Positions 9,398 to 18,557 of a stretch of 64,000 nucleotides of DNA are shown here, one piece after another; within the stretch, counting starts at the first letter, position 1; every line of letters begins with the position of its first letter. The notes below the pieces were generated by a model, which was not told where the DNA came from, searched no databases, and saw only the letters and a list, made by a program, of their open reading frames with translations. Source of the DNA: a candidate division FCPU426 bacterium (GTDB taxonomy: Bacteria; Oederibacteriota; Muellerivitia; Muellerivitales; Muellerivitaceae); contig CAVRAL010000001.1 of the NCBI GenBank assembly GCA_963719085.1, positions 352,378 to 416,377 of the forward strand, given 5' to 3'. The translations under genes and the position numbers were made by a program.

Positions 9398-10726
9398 GTG
9401 AGCGACAACACTAAATTCGGCCCGCCCAAGGGGATGCGGGATTGGCTGCCGAAAGAAACCCTCCTGCGCCAAAAACTGATCCGCCTCATCGAAACTCATT
9501 ACCAACTTTACGGCTTTGAACCTATTGATACCCCGGTGATGGAAAATATCGAGGTGTTGCAAGGCAAGGGCGGCGGCGAGAACGAGAAGCTGATGTTTAA
9601 AGTTCTCAAGCGCGGTGAGGAGCTTGAAAAGGCCAAGGCATCGGGTGATTTAGCTGACATGGGCCTGCGTTTCGACATGACGGTTCCTTTGGCCCGCTAT
9701 TACGCCAATCACGCCAATGACCTTCCTAAGCCTTTCCGTTGTTCCCACATCGGCCCCGTCTGGCGGGCGGACCGGCCCCAGCGCGGGCGCTTCCGTGAAT
9801 TTTACCAATGCGACATCGACATCGTGGGCGGGGCTTCCGATTCCTACGAAGTGGAATTACTTTTGGCCACGGACCGGGTTTTGAAAGCCTTGGGCGTGGG
9901 GAAATTTAAAATTCGAATCAGCGACAAACAATTGCTCACCATGGTGCTTCGCCGCATTGGGACTCCGGTGGAAAAATTGGCGGGCGTGGCGGTGGCCATC
10001 GACAAGATGGACAAGCTTTCGTTCGACGACGTGAAAAAAGAAATCGCCGGTTTGGGCTTGGAGAGCGAAAATCTTGAAAAGATCGCGCTTTTCCTCAATA
10101 GCGCCAAGAGCGGCTTCCTTGATTTGACTTTATTTAAAGAAGTGAAAATCACCGAACTCGGCAAAAAGATCCAGTCCATCTGCGACCGGGTCAAGGCTGT
10201 CAATCCCGAAGCCAATGTGGTTTTTGATCCTTTGCTCGTCAGGGGATTTGACTATTACACCGGGCCGGTTTTTGAGATCAACGTGGAAGACAAGGACTTT
10301 ACCTTTTCGATCGGCGGCGGCGGCCGTTATGACGGACTCATTGAAAAATTGGGCGGCCCCAAAGATACCCCGGCGGTTGGCTTGTCCCTCGGTTTTGAGC
10401 GCATCCTGACCATTCTTTTAGAAAAAAACACCACGGGTCCCCAGGCGCTTCAATCCCGGGTTCTAATCGTGAACAACGGCCAAACTGAAAAGGACATCCT
10501 GGACCTGGCGGAGAAACTTCGCTCCGGGGGCCTTTCGGTGGAAACGGTTTTAGAAAGTAAAAAAATGGGCCAGCAGTTGGAAGCGGCCCAGAAGAACGGC
10601 GTGGAGTTCGCCGTGACTGATTTCAAACCCGGCGGCGAAACCTTCAAAGTGCGCCGCCTGTCCACCCGGCAGGACGCCGAAATGGGCCTGGAAGAGTTGA
10701 AAAAACAAGTTAGAAGTTTGAAGTGA
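9398..10726 (+). CDS. hisS: histidyl-tRNA synthetase
   Basis: GTG start; class II aaRS motifs (HIGPVWRADRPQRGRFREFYQCD, GGGGRYDGL) plus C-terminal anticodon-binding domain (so HisS, not HisZ). Confidence 0.85.
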   Translation: MSDNTKFGPPKGMRDWLPKETLLRQKLIRLIETHYQLYGFEPIDTPVMENIEVLQGKGGGENEKLMFKVLKRGEELEKAKASGDLADMGLRFDMTVPLARYYANHANDLPKPFRCSHIGPVWRADRPQRGRFREFYQCDIDIVGGASDSYEVELLLATDRVLKALGVGKFKIRISDKQLLTMVLRRIGTPVEKLAGVAVAIDKMDKLSFDDVKKEIAGLGLESENLEKIALFLNSAKSGFLDLTLFKEVKITELGKKIQSICDRVKAVNPEANVVFDPLLVRGFDYYTGPVFEINVEDKDFTFSIGGGGRYDGLIEKLGGPKDTPAVGLSLGFERILTILLEKNTTGPQALQSRVLIVNNGQTEKDILDLAEKLRSGGLSVETVLESKKMGQQLEAAQKNGVEFAVTDFKPGGETFKVRRLSTRQDAEMGLEELKKQVRSLK

Positions 10727-10865
10727 GCCGGGTCTTATTTTCCCGTCGCTGGCTCCGGAGCCCCGGCACACCCAGGGCGCGGTCTTCGACTCCTGGCCGA
10801 AGATCTGGGGGGGGTTAGAAGTGTTTTGAAAATGAAGGTTTGTGTTATTATACGGCTCCTCAAAA

Positions 10866-10889
10866 CCGGCCCTTTCGGGGCCTTTTTTA
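10866..10889 (+). terminator. intrinsic terminator after hisS
   Basis: CCGGCCCTTTCGGGGCC followed by TTTTTTATTT. Confidence 0.6.
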
Positions 10890-10896
10890 TTTGTCT

Positions 10897-10934
10897 CGCC
10901 TTCCTTGGCGCCTTGGCGTCTTGGCGGTGAAATT
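10897..10934 (+). repeat. family-A solo right arm, copy A3
   Basis: CGCCTTCCTTGGCGCCTTGGCGTCTTGGCGGTGAAA with no upstream partner; ends 20 nt before aspS GTG. Confidence 0.7.
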
Positions 10935-10953
10935 TAGGTAATAGGAGTTTTTC

Positions 10954-12744
10954 GTGGCGGAAATGCTCGGCGGCTGGAAAAGATCACACAAGTGCGGGGA
11001 CCTGCGGGCCTCCGATGTGGGCAAGACCGTGACCCTGATGGGCTGGGTGCATCACCGCCGCGACCATGGCGGCCTGGTATTCGTCGACCTGCGCGACCGT
11101 TACGGCGTGACCCAGATCGTGTTTGATCCCCAATTGGCCGACAAGGTCCATAAGCAATCGCATCTCATTCGCAACGAATGGGTTTTGGCCGTGAAAGGTG
11201 AAGTGACCAAGCGGCCTGAAGGCACCGTGAATCCGAAACTCGCCACCGGTGAGATCGAGATCCGCTGCAGTGAAGTGAAGGCCTTGAATCCATCCCAAAC
11301 CCCGGTGTTCCCGATTGAGGACGATGTGGATGTGGCTGAGGAAGTGCGTTTGGAATACCGCTACCTGGACCTGCGCCGGGAATCGATGAAAAACAAATTG
11401 GTCCTGCGGCATAAAACCGCCCAGGCGATCCGTTCCTATATGAACGCCAACGACTTTTTGGAAATTGAGACGCCCATCCTGATCAAAAACACCCCGGAAG
11501 GCGCCCGGGAGTATGTGGTGCCGAGCCGTATCTATCCCGGAAAGTTTTTCGTCTTGCCGCAGAGTCCTCAGTTGTTCAAGCAAATTTCCATGATCTCGGG
11601 GTTGGACCGCTATTACCAAATCGCCCGTTGTTTCCGAGACGAGGATCCCCGCGCTGACCGCCAACCCGAGTTCACCCAAGTCGATATCGAGATGTCCTTC
11701 ATCGACGAGGACGATATCTACGCCATCGGCGAGGGCGTCATGAAGACTGTCTTCAAAGAAATCCTGGACGTCGATTTGGTCACGCCTTTTCCCCACATTC
11801 CTTTCAACGAAGCCATGGAAAAATACGGCTCGGACAAGCCGGACCTGCGTTTTGACCTGCCCATGGTCAATGTGACGACGATCGCCAACCAAGCCGACTT
11901 TAAAGTTTTCAAGGATGTGATCGGCCGGGGCGGCGTGGTGAAGGCGCTCAACGCCAAGGGCTGCGCGGATTTTTCCCGCAAGGACCTGGAAGACCTGACC
12001 GGCTTCGTGGGCAAATACGGCGCCAAGGGGATGGCTTGGTTCAAGGTGAAGGATGGCAAGCTTGATTCCAACATCACCAAATATTTCAATGAGACAGTCC
12101 AAAAGGAATTGCTGACGGCTTTGAAGGGCGAGGAAGGGGACTTGTTCCTCTTTGGCGCGGACAATTTGGACGTGGTCAACGAATCCCTCGGCGCGCTCCG
12201 GGTGGAGATCGCCCGCCGCAAGGGCTTGATCGAAAAAGGACCCAAGTGGGCCTTTTGCTGGGTGGTGGATATTCCCATGTTCGGCACCGACGAAAAGGGA
12301 AGGCGCTTCGCGATGAACCATCCTTTTACCTCGCCCAAGGAAGCCGACGTGGCTTTGCTGGATACCGATCCGATGAAGGCCCTCTCCAAGGGTTATGACT
12401 TGGTTTTGAACGGCTTTGAGCTGGGCGGCGGCAGTATTCGTATTCATGACGTGGAACTGCAGTCCAAAATTTTCAAACTGCTTGAGATCAGCCCCGAGAA
12501 GGCCCAAGAGCGTTTCGGCTTCCTGTTGAAAGCCCTCAGCTATGGCGCCCCGCCGCACGGCGGAATGGCTTTCGGTTTGGACCGGGTGGTGATGCTTTTG
12601 ACCGGCGCGGCCAACATCCGGGAAGTCATCGCTTTCCCCAAAACCGCCAAGGCCATCGATTTGATGACGGGCTCGCCTTCCGAAATTGACCCGGACCTGA
12701 TCAAGGATCTCAAGATCAAGATCGAGCTTGAGGATTTGACTTAA
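10954..12744 (+). CDS. aspS: aspartyl-tRNA synthetase
   Basis: GTG start with SD AGGAG 6 nt upstream; N-terminal OB fold (HKCGDLRASDVGKTVTLMGWVHHRRDHGGLVFVDLRDRYG), class II core, GAD insertion, 596 aa. Confidence 0.9.
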   Translation: MAEMLGGWKRSHKCGDLRASDVGKTVTLMGWVHHRRDHGGLVFVDLRDRYGVTQIVFDPQLADKVHKQSHLIRNEWVLAVKGEVTKRPEGTVNPKLATGEIEIRCSEVKALNPSQTPVFPIEDDVDVAEEVRLEYRYLDLRRESMKNKLVLRHKTAQAIRSYMNANDFLEIETPILIKNTPEGAREYVVPSRIYPGKFFVLPQSPQLFKQISMISGLDRYYQIARCFRDEDPRADRQPEFTQVDIEMSFIDEDDIYAIGEGVMKTVFKEILDVDLVTPFPHIPFNEAMEKYGSDKPDLRFDLPMVNVTTIANQADFKVFKDVIGRGGVVKALNAKGCADFSRKDLEDLTGFVGKYGAKGMAWFKVKDGKLDSNITKYFNETVQKELLTALKGEEGDLFLFGADNLDVVNESLGALRVEIARRKGLIEKGPKWAFCWVVDIPMFGTDEKGRRFAMNHPFTSPKEADVALLDTDPMKALSKGYDLVLNGFELGGGSIRIHDVELQSKIFKLLEISPEKAQERFGFLLKALSYGAPPHGGMAFGLDRVVMLLTGAANIREVIAFPKTAKAIDLMTGSPSEIDPDLIKDLKIKIELEDLT

Positions 12745-12823
12745 GCGAAGAGCCGTTTAAACGGTTCGTTGATCAGCGCCGCTTAAAATCCCTTCAAAAT
12801 AAGGGCCTTTTCCGGGGTTCGGC

Positions 12824-12852
12824 TTGACGAATGAAAGTCCTGATTCGATAAT
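12824..12852 (+). promoter_or_regulatory. candidate sigma70 promoter TTGACG-17-GATAAT upstream of LysM gene
   Basis: Hexamers read in sequence; ~60 nt upstream of ATG 12912. Confidence 0.4.
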
Positions 12853-12911
12853 AAAACCAGGCAAACAAGCGGACTATTTTAAGAAGGCTTGAACTTCTAG
12901 GAGAGACCCAA

Positions 12912-13400
12912 ATGCTCAAATCGAAAGCTTTTTTCATGATCGCTTTAATCGCCACCCTCTGGACCATGGGTTGCGCCGGTAATAAGCGCATTGAGGGAAC
13001 TGACGCTCCTGCCGCGCCGGAAAGCGTTGATACCGCCGCCGCGCCCGCGCCTCCTGAAGCCCCGCCTCCTCCGGAGGCCCCCGCGCCGCCCGCTCCGACC
13101 CCGGTTGCCACCGCTGAGGGCGGCGCCGGTACCCGCTATATCGTGGTCAAGGGCGATACCCTTTGGGATATCTCCTATAAGTCCTTGGCTTATCACGACA
13201 GCTTTCAATGGCCCTTGATTTTCAAGGCCAACCGGGACCAGATTAAGGACCCGGACTTGATCTATCCCAAACAGGAATTTATGATCCGCCATGATTATTC
13301 GGATGTGGATGTGACGAAAGCGAAGAACGACGCTTCCGCGACGCCTAAATACGTGCCGCATACCCAGCCGCGGGAAACCCTGCCGGTTGATTACTTTTAA
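12912..13400 (+). CDS. secreted LysM-domain protein with Pro/Ala-rich linker
   Basis: Signal peptide, PAPPEAPPPPEAPAPPAPTP linker, LysM-like YIVVKGDTLWDIS...LIYPKQEFMI. Confidence 0.75.
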   Translation: MLKSKAFFMIALIATLWTMGCAGNKRIEGTDAPAAPESVDTAAAPAPPEAPPPPEAPAPPAPTPVATAEGGAGTRYIVVKGDTLWDISYKSLAYHDSFQWPLIFKANRDQIKDPDLIYPKQEFMIRHDYSDVDVTKAKNDASATPKYVPHTQPRETLPVDYF

Positions 13401-13444
13401 GTTCGGGAAGCGAAGTCCGGAAAAGCAGGATTTTAAAACCGAAA

Positions 13445-13489
13445 ACTCCCTTTTTCCCGGTTGGGAAGAGGGAGTTTTTTTTTAATGTT
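13445..13489 (+). terminator. intrinsic terminator after LysM gene
   Basis: AACTCCCTTTTTCCCGG-ttgg-GAAGAGGGAGTT then TTTTTTTTT. Confidence 0.55.
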
Positions 13490-13506
13490 TTTAATTGAAA
13501 CAATTT

Positions 13507-13686
13507 TACCGCCAAGGCGCCCCGCTGGCCCATTGGGGGCCAAACGAGCGGGACAGTGCCGCCCCCATTAATTTTTTTATGGAGGGGCGGCCGCCAAGTT
13601 CGCCAAGAACAGCGAAAGACGAAGGCTTTTAAAACATATTTGGATTTAGCCTTTCTTGGCGAACTTGGCGCCTTGGCGGTGAAAAA
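13507..13686 (+). repeat. family-A element, copy A4, with module-G insertion (13522-13587) in left arm
   Basis: TACCGCCAAGGCGCC[insert]GGCCGCCAAGTTCGCCAAGAACAGCGAAAGACGAAGGC ... GCCTTTCTTGGCGAACTTGGCGCCTTGGCGGTGAAAAAG; ends 39 nt before phoH TTG. Confidence 0.7.
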
Positions 13687-13724
13687 GTTTTTTTTGAGAT
13701 TTAAATCTATCAGGAGTTTTTGAA

Positions 13725-14714
13725 TTGACCCAAGCCGTCAGCCACCGCATCACTTTGGATGACCATCAGGAATGCGTCCGATTATTCGGGGAAAAAGACC
13801 ATACCCTGAAATTGATCCGTGATTCTTTCGCCGTGACCCTCATCGCCCGCGGGAACGAACTGTTGTTGTCCGGGGAACCGCTGGAAGTTTCCCACGCGTC
13901 CCAGGTGATTGAGCGCTTGCGGCTTCATTTAAAGAAAAACACCGAAGGCTACCTTTCGGGGGCGAAAGTCAGCCAGACCATCGCCGAAGCCAAGGGCCAA
14001 ACGCTGGAAGAACCGGAGCCGGCGGCGGCGCGGGAAACCATCCTCATCTCGTCTCGTAAAAAGCCCATCGCGGCGCGCACGGACAACCAGCAAAAATACG
14101 TGGACGCCATCCGAAGCCACGACATCGTCTTTGGCGTGGGGCCGGCGGGAACGGGAAAAACTTATTTGGCGATGGCCATGGCGGTCTCCGCCCTGCGGGA
14201 CGGGCTGGTGGAGCGCTTGATCCTGACCCGCCCGGCGGTGGAGGCGGGGGAAAAGCTCGGATTTTTGCCGGGGGACCTGCAGGATAAGGTGGATCCCTAT
14301 TTGCGTCCGCTTTATGACGCGCTTTATGACATGGTGGATTACGAAAAGTTACAGCGCCTGTTCCAACAGCGCGTGGTGGAAGTGGCGCCGCTGGCCTATA
14401 TGCGGGGACGGACCCTGTCGAACGCTTTTATTATTTTGGACGAGGCCCAGAACACCAGCCCCGAGCAAATGAAGATGTTTTTAACCCGCACCGGCGCCGG
14501 ATCCAAAGTGGTGGTGACCGGCGACGTGACCCAGGTGGACCTGCCCAGCGGCAAGGCCTCGGGCCTGGTCCACGCGCAGGAAGTCTTGAAGGGGCTGCCG
14601 GGCATCGGCGTGATTCATTTCCAACCGCAGGACGTGGTGCGGCACAAATTGGTCCAGACCATTGTGCGGGCTTACGACAGCCATGAAGCCGCCAAAGCCG
14701 AAAAACCGGTTTGA
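13725..14714 (+). CDS. phoH: PhoH-like ATPase (YbeZ)
   Basis: TTG start, SD AGGAG; Walker A GVGPAGTGKTYLAMA; conserved ybeZ-ybeY-corC gene order. Confidence 0.9.
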   Translation: MTQAVSHRITLDDHQECVRLFGEKDHTLKLIRDSFAVTLIARGNELLLSGEPLEVSHASQVIERLRLHLKKNTEGYLSGAKVSQTIAEAKGQTLEEPEPAAARETILISSRKKPIAARTDNQQKYVDAIRSHDIVFGVGPAGTGKTYLAMAMAVSALRDGLVERLILTRPAVEAGEKLGFLPGDLQDKVDPYLRPLYDALYDMVDYEKLQRLFQQRVVEVAPLAYMRGRTLSNAFIILDEAQNTSPEQMKMFLTRTGAGSKVVVTGDVTQVDLPSGKASGLVHAQEVLKGLPGIGVIHFQPQDVVRHKLVQTIVRAYDSHEAAKAEKPV

Positions 14715-15169
14715 CGATGAAACTATTGATCCGTGACGGACATGCCCGCAATCCGATTTCCCCAGTCTTGGCCCGCCGTTGGGCGGCGAAGGTCGTCCGC
14801 GCCGTCAAGGGCGCTTCCTTCGAGCGCCAATGCGAGCTTTCGGTGGTCTTTACCGGGGACGCCGAGGTGCGGAAGATGAACCGGCTTTACCGGAAAAAAG
14901 ATAAGACCACCGATGTGCTGGCTTTTCCCTTGCGGGAAGGAAAATTATTGCGCGCCGGGCTTCCGGGTTCGGGGGCTTTGGGGGATGTGATGATCAGCGT
15001 GCCTCAAACCCTGCGCCAGGCGAAAGCCGCGGGCAAGAAGCCCCGGGAAGAAATGGCGCTGCTGCTGACCCACGGAATTTTGCATCTTTTGGGATATGAC
15101 CACGTGACCCTTCGGCAGGAAAAGCGCATGTTTGGCTTGCAGAACCGTCTTTTAAAGAAATTGGTCTAA
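14711..15169 (+). CDS. ybeY: rRNA maturation endoribonuclease YbeY
   Basis: HGILHLLGYDH metal-binding motif; ATGA overlap with phoH. Confidence 0.85.
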   Translation: MTMKLLIRDGHARNPISPVLARRWAAKVVRAVKGASFERQCELSVVFTGDAEVRKMNRLYRKKDKTTDVLAFPLREGKLLRAGLPGSGALGDVMISVPQTLRQAKAAGKKPREEMALLLTHGILHLLGYDHVTLRQEKRMFGLQNRLLKKLV

Positions 15170-15178
15170 AGGGAAAAA

Positions 15179-16564
15179 TTGGATTACTACCTCGCCACCC
15201 ATTTAATCGTCCTGGCCGCCATGCTTTTGGTCTCCATGTTTTTTTCGGCGGTCGAGACAAGCCTTTTGTCCGCCCCCCGGAGCCTGATCCAGGCGCAATC
15301 CGAAAAGTCGGGGCTTTTGGGGATCGCTTTCCGGGAATGGGCCGAGCATCCCAACCGCATCCTGACCACGGTCTTAATCGGAAACAACTCGATCAACGTT
15401 TTAGCCACCATCCTGGCGGCCTATACGGCCGTTCACTTGGCGGACCTGAACCAGTGGAGCCAGGTGGTCACGGGAACCGTGACCTCCGTTTTCGTCACCT
15501 TCATCGTGATCGTTTTCGGGGAAATGATCCCCAAGATCACCGCCCGCAGTTTGGCGGCGCGCGTGGTGGTGTGGCTCATTATTCCCATCTACTTGATTGA
15601 CCGGGCGATCCGCCCCATCACGGTCGGCATGGCCCGTATTCTTATTTTCTTCGTTCCGAGCCTGGCCAACACCACGGTCTCCCAAGTGACGGAAGAGGAC
15701 ATCAAGCACTTGATCGAGGTGGGGCGCCAGGACGGAACCATCCGCGAGGATGAGCAGGACATGATCCACTCGGTCTTCAAATTCAGCGATACCACGGTGA
15801 ACCAGCTGATGATCCCGCGCACCGAGATGTTTTGCGTGGACCTGAAAATCGAGCTTAACGCGCTTTTGGACATGGCCATCCAGACCGGTTATTCCCGGGT
15901 GCCGGTTTATAAAGGCAACGTGGACAATATCATCGGCATCATCCACACCCGGGACCTGCTTTCCATTTGGCGCAACCAGGGGCTGATTGTGATCCAGGAT
16001 CTTTTGCGAAAACCCTATTTCGTGCCGGAGACCATGCGGGTGGACCGGCTTTTGCGGGAATTTCGCCGGGGCAAAATCCATATGGCCATCGTGGTGGATG
16101 AATACGGTGGCACCTCGGGCCTGGTGACCCTGGAGGATTTGGTCGAGGAAATCATCGGCGAGATAAGAAATGAGCACGAGCCCGAGGATAAGTCCATGGA
16201 GCGGCAGGAAGATGGATCCTATGTCATTGAGGCGGGCACGTCCTTGGACGAGATTAATGAAAGCCTGGGCACGCATCTCACCCCCCAGGGTGAAGTCACG
16301 ACCTTAGGCGGTTATTTGACCGAGCAAAACGGCAAGGTTCCGAAAAAGGGCCGGGTCTTGGACGAATACGAAATCACCTCCACTGTTTTGGAATCCGATG
16401 AGAAGAAAGTCATCAAGGTGAAGCTGGTGAAGAAGGACGTTCCTTATCCGCCCCAGGAAGCGGAACAAAAACCGGCGGCGCCCAAACCGCGTAAAAGGCG
16501 GGTTAAACAGCCGGCCCCGGCGCAAGAACAAGTGGCCGAGTCGGAAGCGCCGAAGGAAAAATAA
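15179..16564 (+). CDS. corC: CorC/HlyC family transporter (CNNM TM domain + CBS pair + CorC C-terminal), Lys/Pro-rich tail
   Basis: 4 TM DUF21 N-term, tandem CBS, transporter-associated C-domain. Confidence 0.85.
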   Translation: MDYYLATHLIVLAAMLLVSMFFSAVETSLLSAPRSLIQAQSEKSGLLGIAFREWAEHPNRILTTVLIGNNSINVLATILAAYTAVHLADLNQWSQVVTGTVTSVFVTFIVIVFGEMIPKITARSLAARVVVWLIIPIYLIDRAIRPITVGMARILIFFVPSLANTTVSQVTEEDIKHLIEVGRQDGTIREDEQDMIHSVFKFSDTTVNQLMIPRTEMFCVDLKIELNALLDMAIQTGYSRVPVYKGNVDNIIGIIHTRDLLSIWRNQGLIVIQDLLRKPYFVPETMRVDRLLREFRRGKIHMAIVVDEYGGTSGLVTLEDLVEEIIGEIRNEHEPEDKSMERQEDGSYVIEAGTSLDEINESLGTHLTPQGEVTTLGGYLTEQNGKVPKKGRVLDEYEITSTVLESDEKKVIKVKLVKKDVPYPPQEAEQKPAAPKPRKRRVKQPAPAQEQVAESEAPKEK

Positions 16565-16574
16565 AAAGTTTGAA

Positions 16575-16712
16575 CCACAGAGTACACAGAGTTACACGGA
16601 GTAAGGCGGCAGGCTGCATCAATTGAAGTTTGAACAAGTTTTTAACCAAGTGATTTATCTGTCATAAAAGGACTTTGTTTTACTCTGTGTAACTCTGCGT
16701 ACTCTGCGGTAA
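16575..16712 (+). repeat. inverted-repeat hairpin with tandem 9-mer arms (CACAGAGTA units), same architecture as family A, ending GCGGTAAA
   Basis: ACCACAGAGTACACAGAGTTACACGGAGTAAGG ... TTTACTCTGTGTAACTCTGCGTACTCTGCGGTAAA; followed by T-run; between corC and PHP gene. Confidence 0.7.
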
Positions 16713-16787
16713 ATGATCCGAGGTTTTTTTGAACTACTTAGACTGTCACAATCCCTCGCTAACGCGTGGGGCCCGTTTCACGGATAA

Positions 16788-17588
16788 ATGTTTTGCAGTT
16801 ATCTGCTGTTTTGGAAGGGTTTCGTGAATTTATTAGACTGTCATAATCATACCGCCGAATGGTCGGATGGGCGCCAATCCATTGAGCAGGTTTTGGAAAA
16901 GTCCAAAATCGAGAAGGTGCGGGTGGGGCTTTCGGACCACGCGGGGCTGGGGGAATATCTCAATTCCAACGACCGCTTGCTGGCTTACGCTGATTTTCTT
17001 TCCCAATATCCGGTGGCCCGGGGATTGGAAATGGATTTGGGTCGAAGCTTTTTAGTCCAGCCTGAAACCAGGGCCCGGTTTGATTATATGATCGGAAGCG
17101 TCCATGGCATGGAAGTGGCGGGGGTGAGGCTCGGTTTCAGTCCCTTGATTCAATTCATCAAAGGGGAAAAGCCGGACTACAATCCGCTGGAGCAAATCAA
17201 GGACCTGGATCTTTTTTTTAAAACCCACCTTCAAATTTTGACCCGGGAATACCAAACCCAAAAGTATGACATCCTGGGCCATTGCACCATGTTGCCGCCC
17301 CTGGCGCTCGGCAAGCCCGAGGATGTTTTCCCCGAATGGTGGGAAGACCAGTTGATCGCGCTTCTTTTAAAACAAGGCGTGGCCATGGAAATTTCCAACC
17401 GTTGGAAAACGCCTTACGACCGGTTGATGCAAAAAGGCGTGGCGGCGGGTTTAAAATTTTCCGTGGGCTCGGACGGCCATGATCCGGCCAAAACCTGCGT
17501 GCTGGACTATCCCAAACAAATGATGAGCCGTTTCAAACTTCCTGAGGCCCGGGTTTTTGACATTGCCCGTCCCCTCGAGGCGGCTTAA
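16788..17588 (+). CDS. PHP-family phosphoesterase, possibly histidinol-phosphatase HisK
   Basis: LLDCHNHTAEWSDG... PHP N-terminal His motif; 266 aa; true start may be GTG ~16824. Confidence 0.55.
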   Translation: MFCSYLLFWKGFVNLLDCHNHTAEWSDGRQSIEQVLEKSKIEKVRVGLSDHAGLGEYLNSNDRLLAYADFLSQYPVARGLEMDLGRSFLVQPETRARFDYMIGSVHGMEVAGVRLGFSPLIQFIKGEKPDYNPLEQIKDLDLFFKTHLQILTREYQTQKYDILGHCTMLPPLALGKPEDVFPEWWEDQLIALLLKQGVAMEISNRWKTPYDRLMQKGVAAGLKFSVGSDGHDPAKTCVLDYPKQMMSRFKLPEARVFDIARPLEAA

Positions 17589-18542
17589 ATGAGCGAAATG
17601 GACATTGTCCCCCAAGCGGATTTGACCCCGCCCGAGGACTTTATTTGCGGCGCGGTGGCGATTTTAGGAAAGCCCAATGTGGGCAAGTCGACCTTTATGA
17701 ATACCGCCATGGGCCACAAGCTGGCCATCGTGTCGCCCCGGCCCCAAACCACCCGGGGCTCCATGGCGGGCATTTACCAGGAAGAGGGATGTCAGATCGT
17801 TTTTTATGACACGCCGGGAATCCATCAGCCGAAGAACAAACTTTCCAAATTTATGCTTCATGAAGTTGAGGAAGTTTTGGACGGAGCCGACGCGGCGTTA
17901 TTTTTAATCGATGTGCGCCTAGGGATTACGGATGAGGAACGGCTGGTGGCCGAGTGGCTTAAAAGTTTTAAAAAGACCGCCTGGGTGGTTTTGAACAAGG
18001 TGGATCAGGTGGCCTTGACCCGGGTGGGGGCGGTGGCCGACAAGGTCCGCAAGGAACTGGGGGATTGGCCCATCCGGTCAATGGCCGCCCTGACGGGGAA
18101 GGGCGTGAAGGACATCATTACGGAGCTTAAGCGGGTGCTGCCCCGGCAGGCGGCGCTTTTCCCGCCGGAAGAATTGACCAACAAGAACATGCGGGAAATC
18201 GCTTCCGAATTGATCCGGGAACAGTGCTTTTTGCAGTTAAAAGACGAAATTCCTTACGGCGTGGCCGTCGTGGTGGAAAAATATGAAGAGCGGCAACCGC
18301 CCGAGCCGATCCTGATCCAAGCGACGATTTACGCCGAAAAAGACAGCCAAAAGGGTATTTTAATCGGAGCCGGGGGCAAACAGCTCAAGGCCATTGGGAC
18401 GGCGGCGCGAAAAGAGATTGAGGCCCTGACTGACCAAAAAGTTTTCCTGGAATTATGGGTGAAAGTCCTTAAGAATTGGCGCAAGGACGAGTCAGTTTTG
18501 AAGCGGCTCGGCTATCAGGCGCCGAAGAAACCAAAGAGTTAA
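17589..18542 (+). CDS. era: GTPase Era
   Basis: G1 ILGKPNVGKST, G3 DTPG, G4 NKVD, C-terminal KH domain; abuts previous stop. Confidence 0.9.
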   Translation: MSEMDIVPQADLTPPEDFICGAVAILGKPNVGKSTFMNTAMGHKLAIVSPRPQTTRGSMAGIYQEEGCQIVFYDTPGIHQPKNKLSKFMLHEVEEVLDGADAALFLIDVRLGITDEERLVAEWLKSFKKTAWVVLNKVDQVALTRVGAVADKVRKELGDWPIRSMAALTGKGVKDIITELKRVLPRQAALFPPEELTNKNMREIASELIREQCFLQLKDEIPYGVAVVVEKYEERQPPEPILIQATIYAEKDSQKGILIGAGGKQLKAIGTAARKEIEALTDQKVFLELWVKVLKNWRKDESVLKRLGYQAPKKPKS

Positions 18543-18557
18543 TCCAACGGAGGCCTC

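Noticed and set aside
10984-12558. 524-aa minus-strand ORF antisense to aspS (plus similar long antisense ORFs 15401-16276, 18492-19418, 23384-24482, 27598-28719, 40306-42042, 42760-44280, 46179-47207, 51344-52339, 53343-54644)
   Set aside because: Arg/Gly/His-rich compositions typical of wrong-frame reading of GC-rich coding DNA. Each is fully embedded in a well-supported plus-strand gene with recognisable motifs.
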